Shown here one piece after another: positions 26,400-35,255 of a DNA stretch of 64,000 nucleotides. This stretch comes from Bacteroidales bacterium (lineage in GTDB: Bacteria; Bacteroidota; Bacteroidia; Bacteroidales; P3), in contig JAISGN010000007.1 of the NCBI GenBank assembly GCA_031263015.1, forward strand, positions 313 through 64,312, written 5' to 3'. Made by a program: the position numbers and the translations under genes. The notes beneath the pieces were generated by a model. That model did no database searches. It saw only the letters and a program-made list of their open reading frames with translations, and was not told where the DNA came from. Every line of letters begins with the position of its first letter. Within the stretch, counting starts at the first letter, position 1.

Positions 26400-28835
26400 A
26401 TGCCAAAGAAAGCAAGAAAAAAATCAAATCACAAAAAAGACAAAGAATTAGCGATTAACGAAACACCAATGAGTTTAATAACTAAGGCGATTAAGTCTCC
26501 TCAGTTCGTAAAGGTTATTGGTGTTTTTTTATGCTTCTTTTCATTGTTTTGCTTTGTAAGTTTCCTGTCGTTCTTCCTTCAAACCGACGGCAACTGGGGA
26601 GGGATTATCGGTTTGTTCGTATCAAAGATATTTGTTATTAAAACTTTCGGCATCGGGGCATTTGGTTATATTTTGCTTTTCCTTTTCATTGCTTTGCGGA
26701 TATTCAACGTCGGCAGGGCTAAATTCTGGCAAAATTTCATTACTACTTTAATCGTAATGCTGTGGGTGGCGTTTGCGATGGGTTTTGTGGTGAATATTTT
26801 CAATCAACCGCAGCTTGAAGATTACGGAGGGACGGTTGGCATTGTTCTAAACCTGTGGTTGATAGGTGCGATAGGCAAAATAGGGGATGGATTTGTGTTT
26901 TTGTTTCTCACGATTACGCTTCCGATGTTGCTTTTCGGCGTTCGCTATCGCTGGTTTATTGCCTTGTTTAAGAGAAAGCCTAAAACAATTTTACCAAATC
27001 AAGCTTCAGCGGATTTAAATCAGGTTTCATCGTCCTTAAATCAAGCTTCATCACAGGCAAACAAAGTCTCTGTTCCTCAGGAGGATGATACATTGTTTTT
27101 GGAGGAAGATTTTGAGGTTAATATGCCCAATATAAATATATCGGAGGCTGTGCCGCAAAATCCGAAGGCTGATTTGTCGGAAGCAAAGGCTGATGACGAA
27201 AACATAGTCTTCACAATAGAAAAAGCAGAGTATGCATCGGAAGCAGGAGAGGCTCAACCGCCGGATGAAATTGACGAAGAAATGGATTATTTGCGGGAGG
27301 AACTGGAACATCATACTATAAACGAGCCGTATGACCCTAAGGCAGATTTGTCGGACTTCAAATTGCCGCCGATAGACTTCCTTATAAATTATGAAGACAG
27401 CAATGTGGAGGTTACCAAAGAGGAATTGGTTGCCAACAAAGAGCGAATTGTTGAAACATTACGAAATTACAGCATAGAGATAGTAAAGATTACCGCAACG
27501 CCTGGTCCTACCGTTACGCTGTATGAAATAATCCCTGCACCGGGTATTCGTATCAGCAAAATAAAGAACCTTGAGGATGACATAGCATTAAGCCTTGCGG
27601 CGTTGGGAATACGTATCATCGCGCCATTGCCCGGTAAGGGAACGATAGGAATTGAAGTGCCGAACAGCAAACCGCAAATCGTTTCCATGAAATCAATGCT
27701 TATTTCGCCGCAATTTTGTAATAATAAATACGAACTGCCTATCGCTATCGGCAAAACTATTTCCAGCGAACCGTATGTTACAGACCTTGTGAAGATGCCG
27801 CACTTGCTCATGGCAGGAGCAACAGGGCAGGGAAAATCCGTTGGTTTGAACGCCATCATATCTTCTTTGCTTTACAGGAAACACCCGTCCGAGTTAAAGT
27901 TTGTAATGGTTGATCCGAAGAAAGTGGAGTTATCTCTTTATTCAAAGATAGAACATCATTATTTGGCAAAGCTTCCAGACTCCGAAGACGCAATTATTAC
28001 CGATACTCACAAGGTTGTGCGCACTCTTAATTCACTTTGTATTGAGATGGACCAGCGTTATGATTTGCTTAAGATGGCTCAATGCCGCAAAATCACCGAA
28101 TACAATCTTAAATTCATAGCTCGCAAACTTAATCCTTTGGATGGACATCGTTATCTGCCTTATATTATTCTTATTATTGACGAATTTGCCGACCTTATTA
28201 TGACTGCGGGCAAGGAAGTAGAGATGCCGATTGCTCGATTGGCTCAATTGGCAAGGGCTGTGGGCATACATTTGATTATTGCCACGCAAAGACCATCGGT
28301 TAATATAATTACGGGAACGATAAAGGCTAATTTCCCGGCACGTATCGCCTTTAAAGTTAGTTCAAAGATTGATTCCCGCACCATTTTGGACACATCAGGG
28401 GCAGAGCAGTTGATAGGACGGGGCGATATGCTGATAACCAACGGCAATGACCTCATTCGTTTGCAATGTGCTTTGATAGATACCGACGAAATTGAGCAAG
28501 TAGCAAATTTTATCGGCAATCAGCGAGGATATTCCGAGATATTTGCTTTGCCGGAGTACCTTGACGAAAACGATGCTCCGAATAAAGAATTTGACCCTAA
28601 GAGTTTGGACAATGAATTTGAAGCAGCGGCGCGTCTTGTTGTGCTTCACCAGCACGGAAGCACCTCTTTGCTGCAACGCAAAATGGCTTTGGGCTACAAC
28701 AGAGCAGGAAGGGTTATGGACCAACTTGAAGCCGCCGGCATCGTGGGTCCTTTCAACGGCAGCAAAGCCCGTGAGGTTAAAGTGAAAACGGAGATAGAAC
28801 TTGACGAACTGCTTAAAGATTATATGAGGAAGTAA
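26400..28835 (+). CDS. ftsK: DNA translocase FtsK/SpoIIIE
   Basis: The ORF is 811 aa with N-terminal TM helices and a low-complexity linker. The motor domain has Walker A GATGQGKSV and Walker B IIDEFADL. The C-terminal gamma domain is winged-helix-like (LLQRKMALGYNRAGRVMDQLE). Confidence 0.95.
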   Translation: MPKKARKKSNHKKDKELAINETPMSLITKAIKSPQFVKVIGVFLCFFSLFCFVSFLSFFLQTDGNWGGIIGLFVSKIFVIKTFGIGAFGYILLFLFIALRIFNVGRAKFWQNFITTLIVMLWVAFAMGFVVNIFNQPQLEDYGGTVGIVLNLWLIGAIGKIGDGFVFLFLTITLPMLLFGVRYRWFIALFKRKPKTILPNQASADLNQVSSSLNQASSQANKVSVPQEDDTLFLEEDFEVNMPNINISEAVPQNPKADLSEAKADDENIVFTIEKAEYASEAGEAQPPDEIDEEMDYLREELEHHTINEPYDPKADLSDFKLPPIDFLINYEDSNVEVTKEELVANKERIVETLRNYSIEIVKITATPGPTVTLYEIIPAPGIRISKIKNLEDDIALSLAALGIRIIAPLPGKGTIGIEVPNSKPQIVSMKSMLISPQFCNNKYELPIAIGKTISSEPYVTDLVKMPHLLMAGATGQGKSVGLNAIISSLLYRKHPSELKFVMVDPKKVELSLYSKIEHHYLAKLPDSEDAIITDTHKVVRTLNSLCIEMDQRYDLLKMAQCRKITEYNLKFIARKLNPLDGHRYLPYIILIIDEFADLIMTAGKEVEMPIARLAQLARAVGIHLIIATQRPSVNIITGTIKANFPARIAFKVSSKIDSRTILDTSGAEQLIGRGDMLITNGNDLIRLQCALIDTDEIEQVANFIGNQRGYSEIFALPEYLDENDAPNKEFDPKSLDNEFEAAARLVVLHQHGSTSLLQRKMALGYNRAGRVMDQLEAAGIVGPFNGSKAREVKVKTEIELDELLKDYMRK

Positions 28836-28838
28836 TTC

Positions 28839-28901
28839 CGCAAAACATAACAGCCTTTCATTCTTATTTTCTTTGATTTTATGGAAATGAAACAAGGTTC
28901 T
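28839..28901. repeat. degenerate 21-bp-phased array (3 units)
   Basis: The units are cgcaaaacataacagcctttc / attcttattttctttgatttt / atggaaatgaaacaaggttct. Confidence 0.45.
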
Positions 28902-28994
28902 GTCGGCGTGGAATCAAGTTTAAATAGAATGATGTTTCTCAATGCCGTATTGAAATAATTTAAGGCGACAGCGATTTGTTTTAAGAAAAAATTG

Positions 28995-29002
28995 TAACTT
29001 TG
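28995..29002 (+). promoter_or_regulatory. -7 box (TAACTTTG) of tRNA-Gln
   Basis: This is an exact TAnnTTTG match, 23 nt upstream of the tRNA 5' end. Confidence 0.5.
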
Positions 29003-29024
29003 CACCTTCATTTTGTTTATTGAT

Positions 29025-29095
29025 TGTCCCATAGTGTAACGGTAACACAAGAGATTCTGGCTCTCTTATTTCAGGTTCGAATCCTGATGGGATAA
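29025..29095 (+). tRNA. tRNA-Gln (anticodon CUG)
   Basis: I folded a cloverleaf by hand. The acceptor stem is TGTCCCA/TGGGATA. The D arm is GTGT-AACGGTA-ACAC. The anticodon arm is AGAGA-TTCTGGC-TCTCT with anticodon CTG. The T arm is TCAGG-TTCGAAT-CCTGA. The discriminator base is A and no CCA is encoded. Confidence 0.9.
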
Positions 29096-29100
29096 CTTAA

Positions 29101-29135
29101 AAAGCCGAGTAATTGTTGCTCGGCTTTGTTTGTTT
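29101..29135 (+). terminator. intrinsic terminator after tRNA-Gln
   Basis: AAAGCCGAG-taattgttg-CTCGGCTTT is followed by gtttgttt. Confidence 0.7.
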
Positions 29136-29165
29136 ATATGCTTTGGCTGAAATATTTTCATCAAA

Positions 29166-30056
29166 TTACCTTACGCTGTTATAAGTCTCGCATTTCTGGG
29201 AAGAAGGCAGTTTAGTAGTGAAAGTTATTCCGAAAAAATTATACCAGTCCTTTGTTTGGTCGTTGCCGCGCATTGCTCCGACTTTGTGATACACGCCCTG
29301 CTCAATTTCATTCGTCCTGTCGGACGCCAAAGCCGACATATTGCCGTATTCGGACGCCAATTCGTTTCTGTCAGCGTAGATAGTACTGATATCATCAATG
29401 TAATCGGTAAATGTTTTTCGCCATCCGTACTCCAGACCTATGCATATATAATCACTAATGCTGAATTTAACGCCAAGACCGAAAGGAATAGCCAACTGAA
29501 ACTGCGAATAAATTGACGGATTGCTCCCTATACCCTGTCCTTCGGTCGCAAAATCTCTAAGATTTATTGTTTCTGTTTCGTGAGTGTAAGGATTAAATAT
29601 ATCGGTTTGAGGATTCATATAGAATAAAGCAAGACCTGCAAACATATAAGGGCTGATTCGGTGCATACGACTGCCCGTTAAATAATCCAGAAAGTTGAAT
29701 TCAACAACCAAAGATGCCTCATTGCACCACGTAGAGAATGAAAGATTGCGACTATTATCAAAGTGTGCGTCCTCGCCCCAAAGTTTCGTAAAAATAAGAC
29801 TGCCTTTCAGTACCCAGCGAGGGCTGAAATTATATCTGTAAATCAAACCTGCCATAAAACTTGTGTTGTAAAAATCAAAACTTGTCTCAAATTGGTTCTT
29901 AAAAGTTTGATTTGATACTTCGCGAGCATTGTTTATATCGCCTACATAGTTGGATCCGCCGAGCATAATGCCGATTTCGCTCCTTGAACCCAACTGTCCG
30001 TGAGCATTTATGCCGATTGCGAGGACGGCAAGCAAGATAAAGAGTTTTCTAACCAT
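29166..30056 (-). CDS. outer-membrane beta-barrel protein (hypothetical)
   Basis: The signal peptide is MVRKLFILLAVLAIGINAHGQ. The body has alternating aromatic beta-strand patterns and a C-terminal F. The start was set at ATG 30056, with a TATATTTG box at 30086-30093 on the minus strand. Confidence 0.7.
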   Translation of the reverse strand: MVRKLFILLAVLAIGINAHGQLGSRSEIGIMLGGSNYVGDINNAREVSNQTFKNQFETSFDFYNTSFMAGLIYRYNFSPRWVLKGSLIFTKLWGEDAHFDNSRNLSFSTWCNEASLVVEFNFLDYLTGSRMHRISPYMFAGLALFYMNPQTDIFNPYTHETETINLRDFATEGQGIGSNPSIYSQFQLAIPFGLGVKFSISDYICIGLEYGWRKTFTDYIDDISTIYADRNELASEYGNMSALASDRTNEIEQGVYHKVGAMRGNDQTKDWYNFFGITFTTKLPSSQKCETYNSVR

Positions 30057-30100
30057 ATAAAAATCTGTTAAGACCAAATAAAACGCAAATATAAGCAAAT

Positions 30101-30592
30101 TTATTTGTCATATTCCAAAAGTTCAAGATTTTTCATCATCCTTTGGTCAATATCAAGCCTTATAAGCGTGCATTTTTTGTGGATTCCGCTCTTGCCACAC
30201 GCCCCCGGATTGATATGCAACAGGCTTAAATCATCATCATACATCACCTTGCAAATATGAGAGTGCCCACAGATGAACAGATTGGGCTTTTCAGCAGTCA
30301 AAAGTCTTTTAATATTTCCCTGATAGTGCTTCGGATAGCCGCCGATGTGCGTAAGAACAACTTTAATCTGCTCAATGCTGAAAATCTCCACCTCTTTCAC
30401 GCCACCGAAATCATATATGCTGTCCGTATTACCTCTTACGGCTATCGTGTTCTTAAAGTTTCGCAATTCCCAAAGCACATCCGCACTGCCGATATCACCT
30501 GCGTGGAGAATCAAATCAACGTTCTCAAAAAACGAATAAACTTTCGGCGGCACAATACCGTGAGAATCGCTCATTATTCCTACTTTTGTCAT
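30101..30592 (-). CDS. metallophosphoesterase (YfcE/MJ0936 family)
   Basis: The ORF is 163 aa with the motifs DSHG, HAGD, GNTD and GHSH. A TACCTTTG box lies at 30618-30625 on the minus strand. Confidence 0.85.
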   Translation of the reverse strand: MTKVGIMSDSHGIVPPKVYSFFENVDLILHAGDIGSADVLWELRNFKNTIAVRGNTDSIYDFGGVKEVEIFSIEQIKVVLTHIGGYPKHYQGNIKRLLTAEKPNLFICGHSHICKVMYDDDLSLLHINPGACGKSGIHKKCTLIRLDIDQRMMKNLELLEYDK

Positions 30593-30698
30593 AATCTTCT
30601 GTTGTTTTAGCGGCTGCCAAAGGTATAAAAAAACATCAAAATCAACTCATAACATTATATGATAAAGAATGCTAACCATATTGTGCAGCAATACTTTC

Positions 30699-30840
30699 AC
30701 GAAAGCCTGTTTGTGCGTGTCGCACTGACATTATATTTTTTTAAGGGAATGTTTGGCGGAAATGAAACGCTGTTTAAATTTTCTGAAAGGCTGTTTCATT
30801 TTTACCAAACAGCGTTTTATTTTCGCCAAACAGCCTTTCG
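30699..30840. repeat. composite element: GTGCGTGTCGCAC hairpin head plus a 21-bp-phased array (4 units)
   Basis: The head is cacgaaagcctgtttGTGCGTGTCGCACtgacattatattttttt, with the hairpin at 30713-30725. The units are ggcggaaatgaaacgctgttt / aaattttctgaaaggctgttt / catttttaccaaacagcgttt / tattttcgccaaacagccttt. Confidence 0.9.
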
Positions 30841-30900
30841 TAAAACTATAATCTCAAATCAATCTCTGCTTATGCCGTTCCGATTTAACTAAATTTTATC

Positions 30901-30908
30901 TACTTTTG
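30901..30908 (+). promoter_or_regulatory. -7 box (TACTTTTG) of purH
   Basis: This is an exact TAnnTTTG match, 29 nt upstream of the ATG at 30937. Confidence 0.5.
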
Positions 30909-30936
30909 TTCTTTGATTACATAATACAGATGAACT

Positions 30937-32460
30937 ATGAAACAGATACGAAGTGCTTTGATTTCCGTATTTTATAAGGACGGATTGGACGAAATTATCA
31001 GGCAATTGGATGCCTTAAACGTTGAGATTTATTCCACAGGAGGAACTTTTGATTTTATAAAATCGCTTGGTGTGAAAGCGAAAAGGGTTGAGGATTTGAC
31101 GGGATATCCTTCTATTCTCGGCGGAAGGGTGAAAACGTTGCATCCGAAGGTGTTTGGCGGCATTCTTGGCAGAAGAGAAAACAGCGAAGACCTGCTTCAG
31201 ATGGAGCAATATCAGATTCCGCAAATTGATTTGGTCATTGTAGATTTGTATCCCTTTGAAAAAACAGCCGCTTCGCAAGCCTCAACCGAGCAGGACATAA
31301 TAGAAAAAATAGATATCGGCGGAATATCGCTCATAAGGGCTGCTGCTAAAAATTTTAATGACGTATTAATTGTGCCTTCCGTTGATTACTATAAAGAATT
31401 GCTGCAAATCATTACATCCAATTCAGGTTCCTGTGATTTGGAAACCCGTCGCAGATTTGCAACCTATGCTTTTGCGGTGTCCTCTGCTTATGATACGGCG
31501 ATTTTCAACTATTTTAACGCAAGGGAACGTATATCCGCTTTCCGCAAAACTTATAACAATGCCACAAGTCTGCGATATGGAGAAAATCCTCATCAGAAGG
31601 GGGTATTTTACGGCGACCTTAATGAGTTTTTTGAGCAGTTGCACGGCAAGGAAATCTCATATAATAATATTGGAGACATTGATGCGGCTTGCGGTTTGAT
31701 AGATGATTTTGAGCAAACGACCTTCGCCATCATCAAACACAACAATGCGTGCGGTATTGCAAGCAGAGATAATCTTTGTGAGGCATATAAAGCGGCTCTT
31801 GCAGGCGATCCCGTGTCGGCTTTCGGCGGAGTATTGGTGGCAAACCGCACAATAGACAAAGCAACGGCTGAAGAAATGAATTCCTTGTTTATGGAAATAT
31901 GCATAGCACCTGATTTTACGGCGGAGGCTCTTGATATCCTTAAATCCAAAAAGAATAGAATTTTGTTGAAACGCAAGTCGGATGCAAGGATACCGAATAT
32001 GCAATTCCGCTCTGCCCTTAATGGTGTTCTGGTACAGGATAAGGATAGCGTCATTGAGCGTGCCGATGAACTGAAAAGTGTTACCGACCGAGAGTTATCG
32101 GCAGAAGAAAGAGAGGATTTAATCTTTGCCAACATTTTAGTGAAGCATACGAAGTCCAATGCAATAGTTCTTGCCAAGAATAAGCAGTTATGTGCCAGCG
32201 GAACGGGACAAACATCCCGCGTTGATGCATTACGTCAGGCTATAGACAAGGCTAAGAGTTTCGGATTTGATTTGCATGGAGCGGTAATGGCGTCCGATGC
32301 GTTTTTTCCTTTCCCCGATTGTGTTGAAATAGCACATAATGAAGGTATAGATTGCGTTATTCAGCCCGGAGGCTCTATCAAGGACAATCTTTCAATAGAA
32401 TACTGCAAGCAAAACAATATGGCGATGGCTATAACAGGTTTTCGTCATTTTAAGCATTGA
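30937..32460 (+). CDS. purH: bifunctional AICAR formyltransferase / IMP cyclohydrolase
   Basis: The ORF is 507 aa. SVFYKDGL, STGGT, GGRVKTLHPKV, YGENPHQ and ASDAFFPF are PurH hallmarks. Confidence 0.95.
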   Translation: MKQIRSALISVFYKDGLDEIIRQLDALNVEIYSTGGTFDFIKSLGVKAKRVEDLTGYPSILGGRVKTLHPKVFGGILGRRENSEDLLQMEQYQIPQIDLVIVDLYPFEKTAASQASTEQDIIEKIDIGGISLIRAAAKNFNDVLIVPSVDYYKELLQIITSNSGSCDLETRRRFATYAFAVSSAYDTAIFNYFNARERISAFRKTYNNATSLRYGENPHQKGVFYGDLNEFFEQLHGKEISYNNIGDIDAACGLIDDFEQTTFAIIKHNNACGIASRDNLCEAYKAALAGDPVSAFGGVLVANRTIDKATAEEMNSLFMEICIAPDFTAEALDILKSKKNRILLKRKSDARIPNMQFRSALNGVLVQDKDSVIERADELKSVTDRELSAEEREDLIFANILVKHTKSNAIVLAKNKQLCASGTGQTSRVDALRQAIDKAKSFGFDLHGAVMASDAFFPFPDCVEIAHNEGIDCVIQPGGSIKDNLSIEYCKQNNMAMAITGFRHFKH

Positions 32461-32477
32461 TATTGAAAAAATATATG

Positions 32478-32485
32478 TAACTTTG
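32478..32485 (+). promoter_or_regulatory. -7 box (TAACTTTG) of mreB
   Basis: This is an exact TAnnTTTG match, 52 nt upstream of the ATG at 32537. Confidence 0.5.
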
Positions 32486-32536
32486 CAGTCTCCAAATTAG
32501 TAATTTGTAACACAGAAAAAAGATAAAAAGAACATA

Positions 32537-33559
32537 ATGGGCTTATTTTCATTCCTAACACGAGAAGTTGCTATTGACTTAGGTACGGCTAACACGGTTA
32601 TCATTTGCAATGATGAAATTGTTGTTGATGAGCCATCTATTGTTGCAATAGATAGAAAATCCGGAAAGATAATTGCCGTCGGTCATGAGGCAATGATGAT
32701 GCATGGAAGAACGCACGAAAATATCCAAACAATACGTCCTTTGAAGGATGGAGTAATTGCCAATTTTGATGTGGCGAACGATATGATTAGAGAGTTCATT
32801 AAGAAGATTCCTAACAAGAATACTCTCATTCCTCCCGCATTAAAAATGGTTATTTGTATCCCTTCAGGCATTACTAACGTTGAAGAAAGAGCCGTAAGAG
32901 ACTCTGCCGAGCAGGCAGGAGCGAAAGATGTTCGTCTAATCCACGAACCTATGGCTGCGGCTATTGGTATCGGAATTAATGTGCTGGCTCCTAAAGGCAA
33001 TATGATAGTAGATATTGGTGGAGGAACATCCGAAATAGCGGTTATAGCCTTAGGAGGAATTGTTTGTAATAAATCTGTCCGTATAGCAGGAGATGAATTT
33101 AATAGTGATATTGTTGAATACATGAAAAAGCAGCATAATATCAATATTGGTGATAGAATGGCAGAGAATATCAAGATTGAATGCGGTGCTGCGGTGTCGG
33201 AATTGGAGAATCCTCCGCTTGATTATCCTGTAAGAGGGCGTGATGTTCTTACTGGTATTCCTAAGGAACTTACTGTTAATTATAAAGAAATTGCACACGC
33301 ATTAGACAAATCCATAGCCAAAGTTGAGAGTGCTATCTTAGAGGCTTTGTCGCTTACTCCGCCCGAATTGGCTTCTGATATTTATGATGAAGGGATTTAT
33401 CTCGCAGGTGGTGGCTCGCTATTGAGAGGATTGGACAAGAGAATAAGACAAAAAACGAAACTTTCCGTTCATGTGGCGGACGACCCTTTGAAAGCAGTTG
33501 CTCGTGGTACGGGAATAGCACTTAAAGATTACGATAAATTGACGTTTTTGATTAAATAG
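32537..33559 (+). CDS. mreB: rod-shape-determining protein MreB
   Basis: The ORF is 340 aa with actin-fold motifs (IDLGTANT, DIGGGTSEIAVI, LAGGGSLLRGLD). Confidence 0.95.
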   Translation: MGLFSFLTREVAIDLGTANTVIICNDEIVVDEPSIVAIDRKSGKIIAVGHEAMMMHGRTHENIQTIRPLKDGVIANFDVANDMIREFIKKIPNKNTLIPPALKMVICIPSGITNVEERAVRDSAEQAGAKDVRLIHEPMAAAIGIGINVLAPKGNMIVDIGGGTSEIAVIALGGIVCNKSVRIAGDEFNSDIVEYMKKQHNINIGDRMAENIKIECGAAVSELENPPLDYPVRGRDVLTGIPKELTVNYKEIAHALDKSIAKVESAILEALSLTPPELASDIYDEGIYLAGGGSLLRGLDKRIRQKTKLSVHVADDPLKAVARGTGIALKDYDKLTFLIK

Positions 33560-33585
33560 TAAAATTTTTTAATGATATTAGACAG

Positions 33586-33616
33586 CGGCAAGGTCATTTT
33601 GACTTTGCCGTTTTTT
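33586..33616 (+). terminator. intrinsic terminator after mreB
   Basis: CGGCAAGGTC-atttt-GACTTTGCCG forms a 10-bp stem with one G-U pair, followed by TTTTTT. Confidence 0.75.
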
Positions 33617-33857
33617 GTTTTGAAAAAATATTGCTTGCTTTCAATTTACCAAAACGAAGCATAAACGGATTATTATTTGGTTATATCAGATTAAAATCAA
33701 ATCCACATAAAATATATTTGCAAATAGTGCTTTTGTAAAGAGTATTCAATAATTTCATTGTTGATTTTATATAAATAAATAAAGTTTGTGTAGAATTAAG
33801 ATTTAATGAAAAATGAATTTTTTTTGAGAAAAAATTGTCGTTTGTTAAAAATTGTAG

Positions 33858-33865
33858 TAATTTTG
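33858..33865 (+). promoter_or_regulatory. -7 box (TAATTTTG) of bcp
   Basis: The box lies 28 nt upstream of the ATG at 33893 and inside the longer track ORF, which supports the later start. Confidence 0.5.
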
Positions 33866-33892
33866 CAAGCGAAAAAATTAATATTTAGACTT

Positions 33893-34369
33893 ATGGCACT
33901 GACAATTGGCGACAAGATTCCTGCAATACTTGGAAAGAATCAAGCAGGAAAGGAAATTAAAGCAAGCGACTTTAATGGCAAAAAACTAATACTTTACTTT
34001 TATCCCAAAGATAATACTCCCGGATGCTCGGCAGAGGCATGTAGTTTGAGAAATAATTATTCCATATTTCAGGATAACGGATATGCGGTTGTCGGAGTGA
34101 GCGTTGATAGTGCTGCGTCTCACCAAAAATTTATAGAAAGCAAGAATCTGCCTTTTGATTTAATAGCCGATGAGGATAATAGGCTGGTTAAGGAATTTGG
34201 TGTTTGGATTGAGAAAACTATGTTCGGAAATAAATACATGAGAACTTTAAGACAGACGTTTATAATCAACGAAGAAGGCGTTATAGAGAAGATTTATTAT
34301 CCTCAATCTTTGAGAACAACTCGTCATGGCGAGCAAATAAGACGAGATCTCATTGATAAAAAAGCCTAA
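33893..34369 (+). CDS. bcp: thioredoxin-dependent peroxiredoxin Bcp
   Basis: FYPKDNTPGCSAEAC contains the peroxidatic Cys motif. The start was moved from 33806 to 33893. Confidence 0.88.
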   Translation: MALTIGDKIPAILGKNQAGKEIKASDFNGKKLILYFYPKDNTPGCSAEACSLRNNYSIFQDNGYAVVGVSVDSAASHQKFIESKNLPFDLIADEDNRLVKEFGVWIEKTMFGNKYMRTLRQTFIINEEGVIEKIYYPQSLRTTRHGEQIRRDLIDKKA

Positions 34370-34439
34370 AATCTGTTATTATCTTGGAAAAATGTTGTAT
34401 CTTTGTCATTTTAATTGATAACATATTTATATAATAGTT

Positions 34440-35255
34440 ATGGAACACAAGAAGATGTTGTTTAGGGATGTTAAAATCAATTATCAGGATGAAGGTGTTG
34501 CACAAAGCAAAGCCACAATTGTATTTTTGCATGGCTTTATGAACGATTTGGATATTTGGCACTACTATTTGGTTGATTATATGCAGAAAGTACGTGTCAT
34601 AACTATTGATTTGCTTGGTCATGGAGCAAGTGAAAATTTGTCGGATGTGCATTCTATGGAATTGCAAGCCGATATGGTTAAAGCGGTATTAGATAATGTT
34701 GAAGTAAAGAATTGTGTTATTGTAGGGCATTCAATGGGTGGATATGTCGGTTTGGCGTTTGCGCAAAAATATCCGCAATATGTGAAAGGTCTTTGCTTAT
34801 TACATTCGCACGCTTTGTCCGACAGAGAAGACGAAAAGCAAGCAAGAAACCGAATATGCGAAACATTAAAGCACAATAAACCAAATTTTATTTTAGATTT
34901 TATTCCTAATCTTTTTGCAGAATCAAATAGAGAAAGATTACATAAAGATATTGAGGATATGAAAGCCTCTGCCTTGCAAATGAAAGCAGAAAGCATTATT
35001 GCCGCAGAGCAAGGTATGGCGGCAAGACCTTCTACTCTGAATATATTATCGTCAAGTAATTATCCCATCCTTTTTATTCTTGGCAAGAAAGATACGAGAA
35101 TTCCTGTCGAACTTGCTTTGTCGCAAGCAATGCTTCCTTCGCATTCGGAGTTATTGCTTTTGGATAACGTAGGGCATATGTCTCACGTTGAGAAAAAAGA
35201 GATAGTAAAAAGAAGACTTTATTCATTCCTCTTGATGTGCTATTCCGTCGCTTAA
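34440..35255 (+). CDS. alpha/beta hydrolase
   Basis: The ORF is 271 aa with the nucleophile elbow GHSMGG, an HG oxyanion motif (FLHGF) and a C-terminal His (GHMSHVE). A TATCTTTG box lies at 34398-34405. Confidence 0.85.
   Translation: MEHKKMLFRDVKINYQDEGVAQSKATIVFLHGFMNDLDIWHYYLVDYMQKVRVITIDLLGHGASENLSDVHSMELQADMVKAVLDNVEVKNCVIVGHSMGGYVGLAFAQKYPQYVKGLCLLHSHALSDREDEKQARNRICETLKHNKPNFILDFIPNLFAESNRERLHKDIEDMKASALQMKAESIIAAEQGMAARPSTLNILSSSNYPILFILGKKDTRIPVELALSQAMLPSHSELLLLDNVGHMSHVEKKEIVKRRLYSFLLMCYSVA

Noticed and set aside
30841-30936. A ZTP (pfl) riboswitch upstream of purH.
   Set aside because: The leader is short and AT-rich. It lacks the conserved GGGUCGUGAC…CCGGGC…CCGCCUGGGCA elements.
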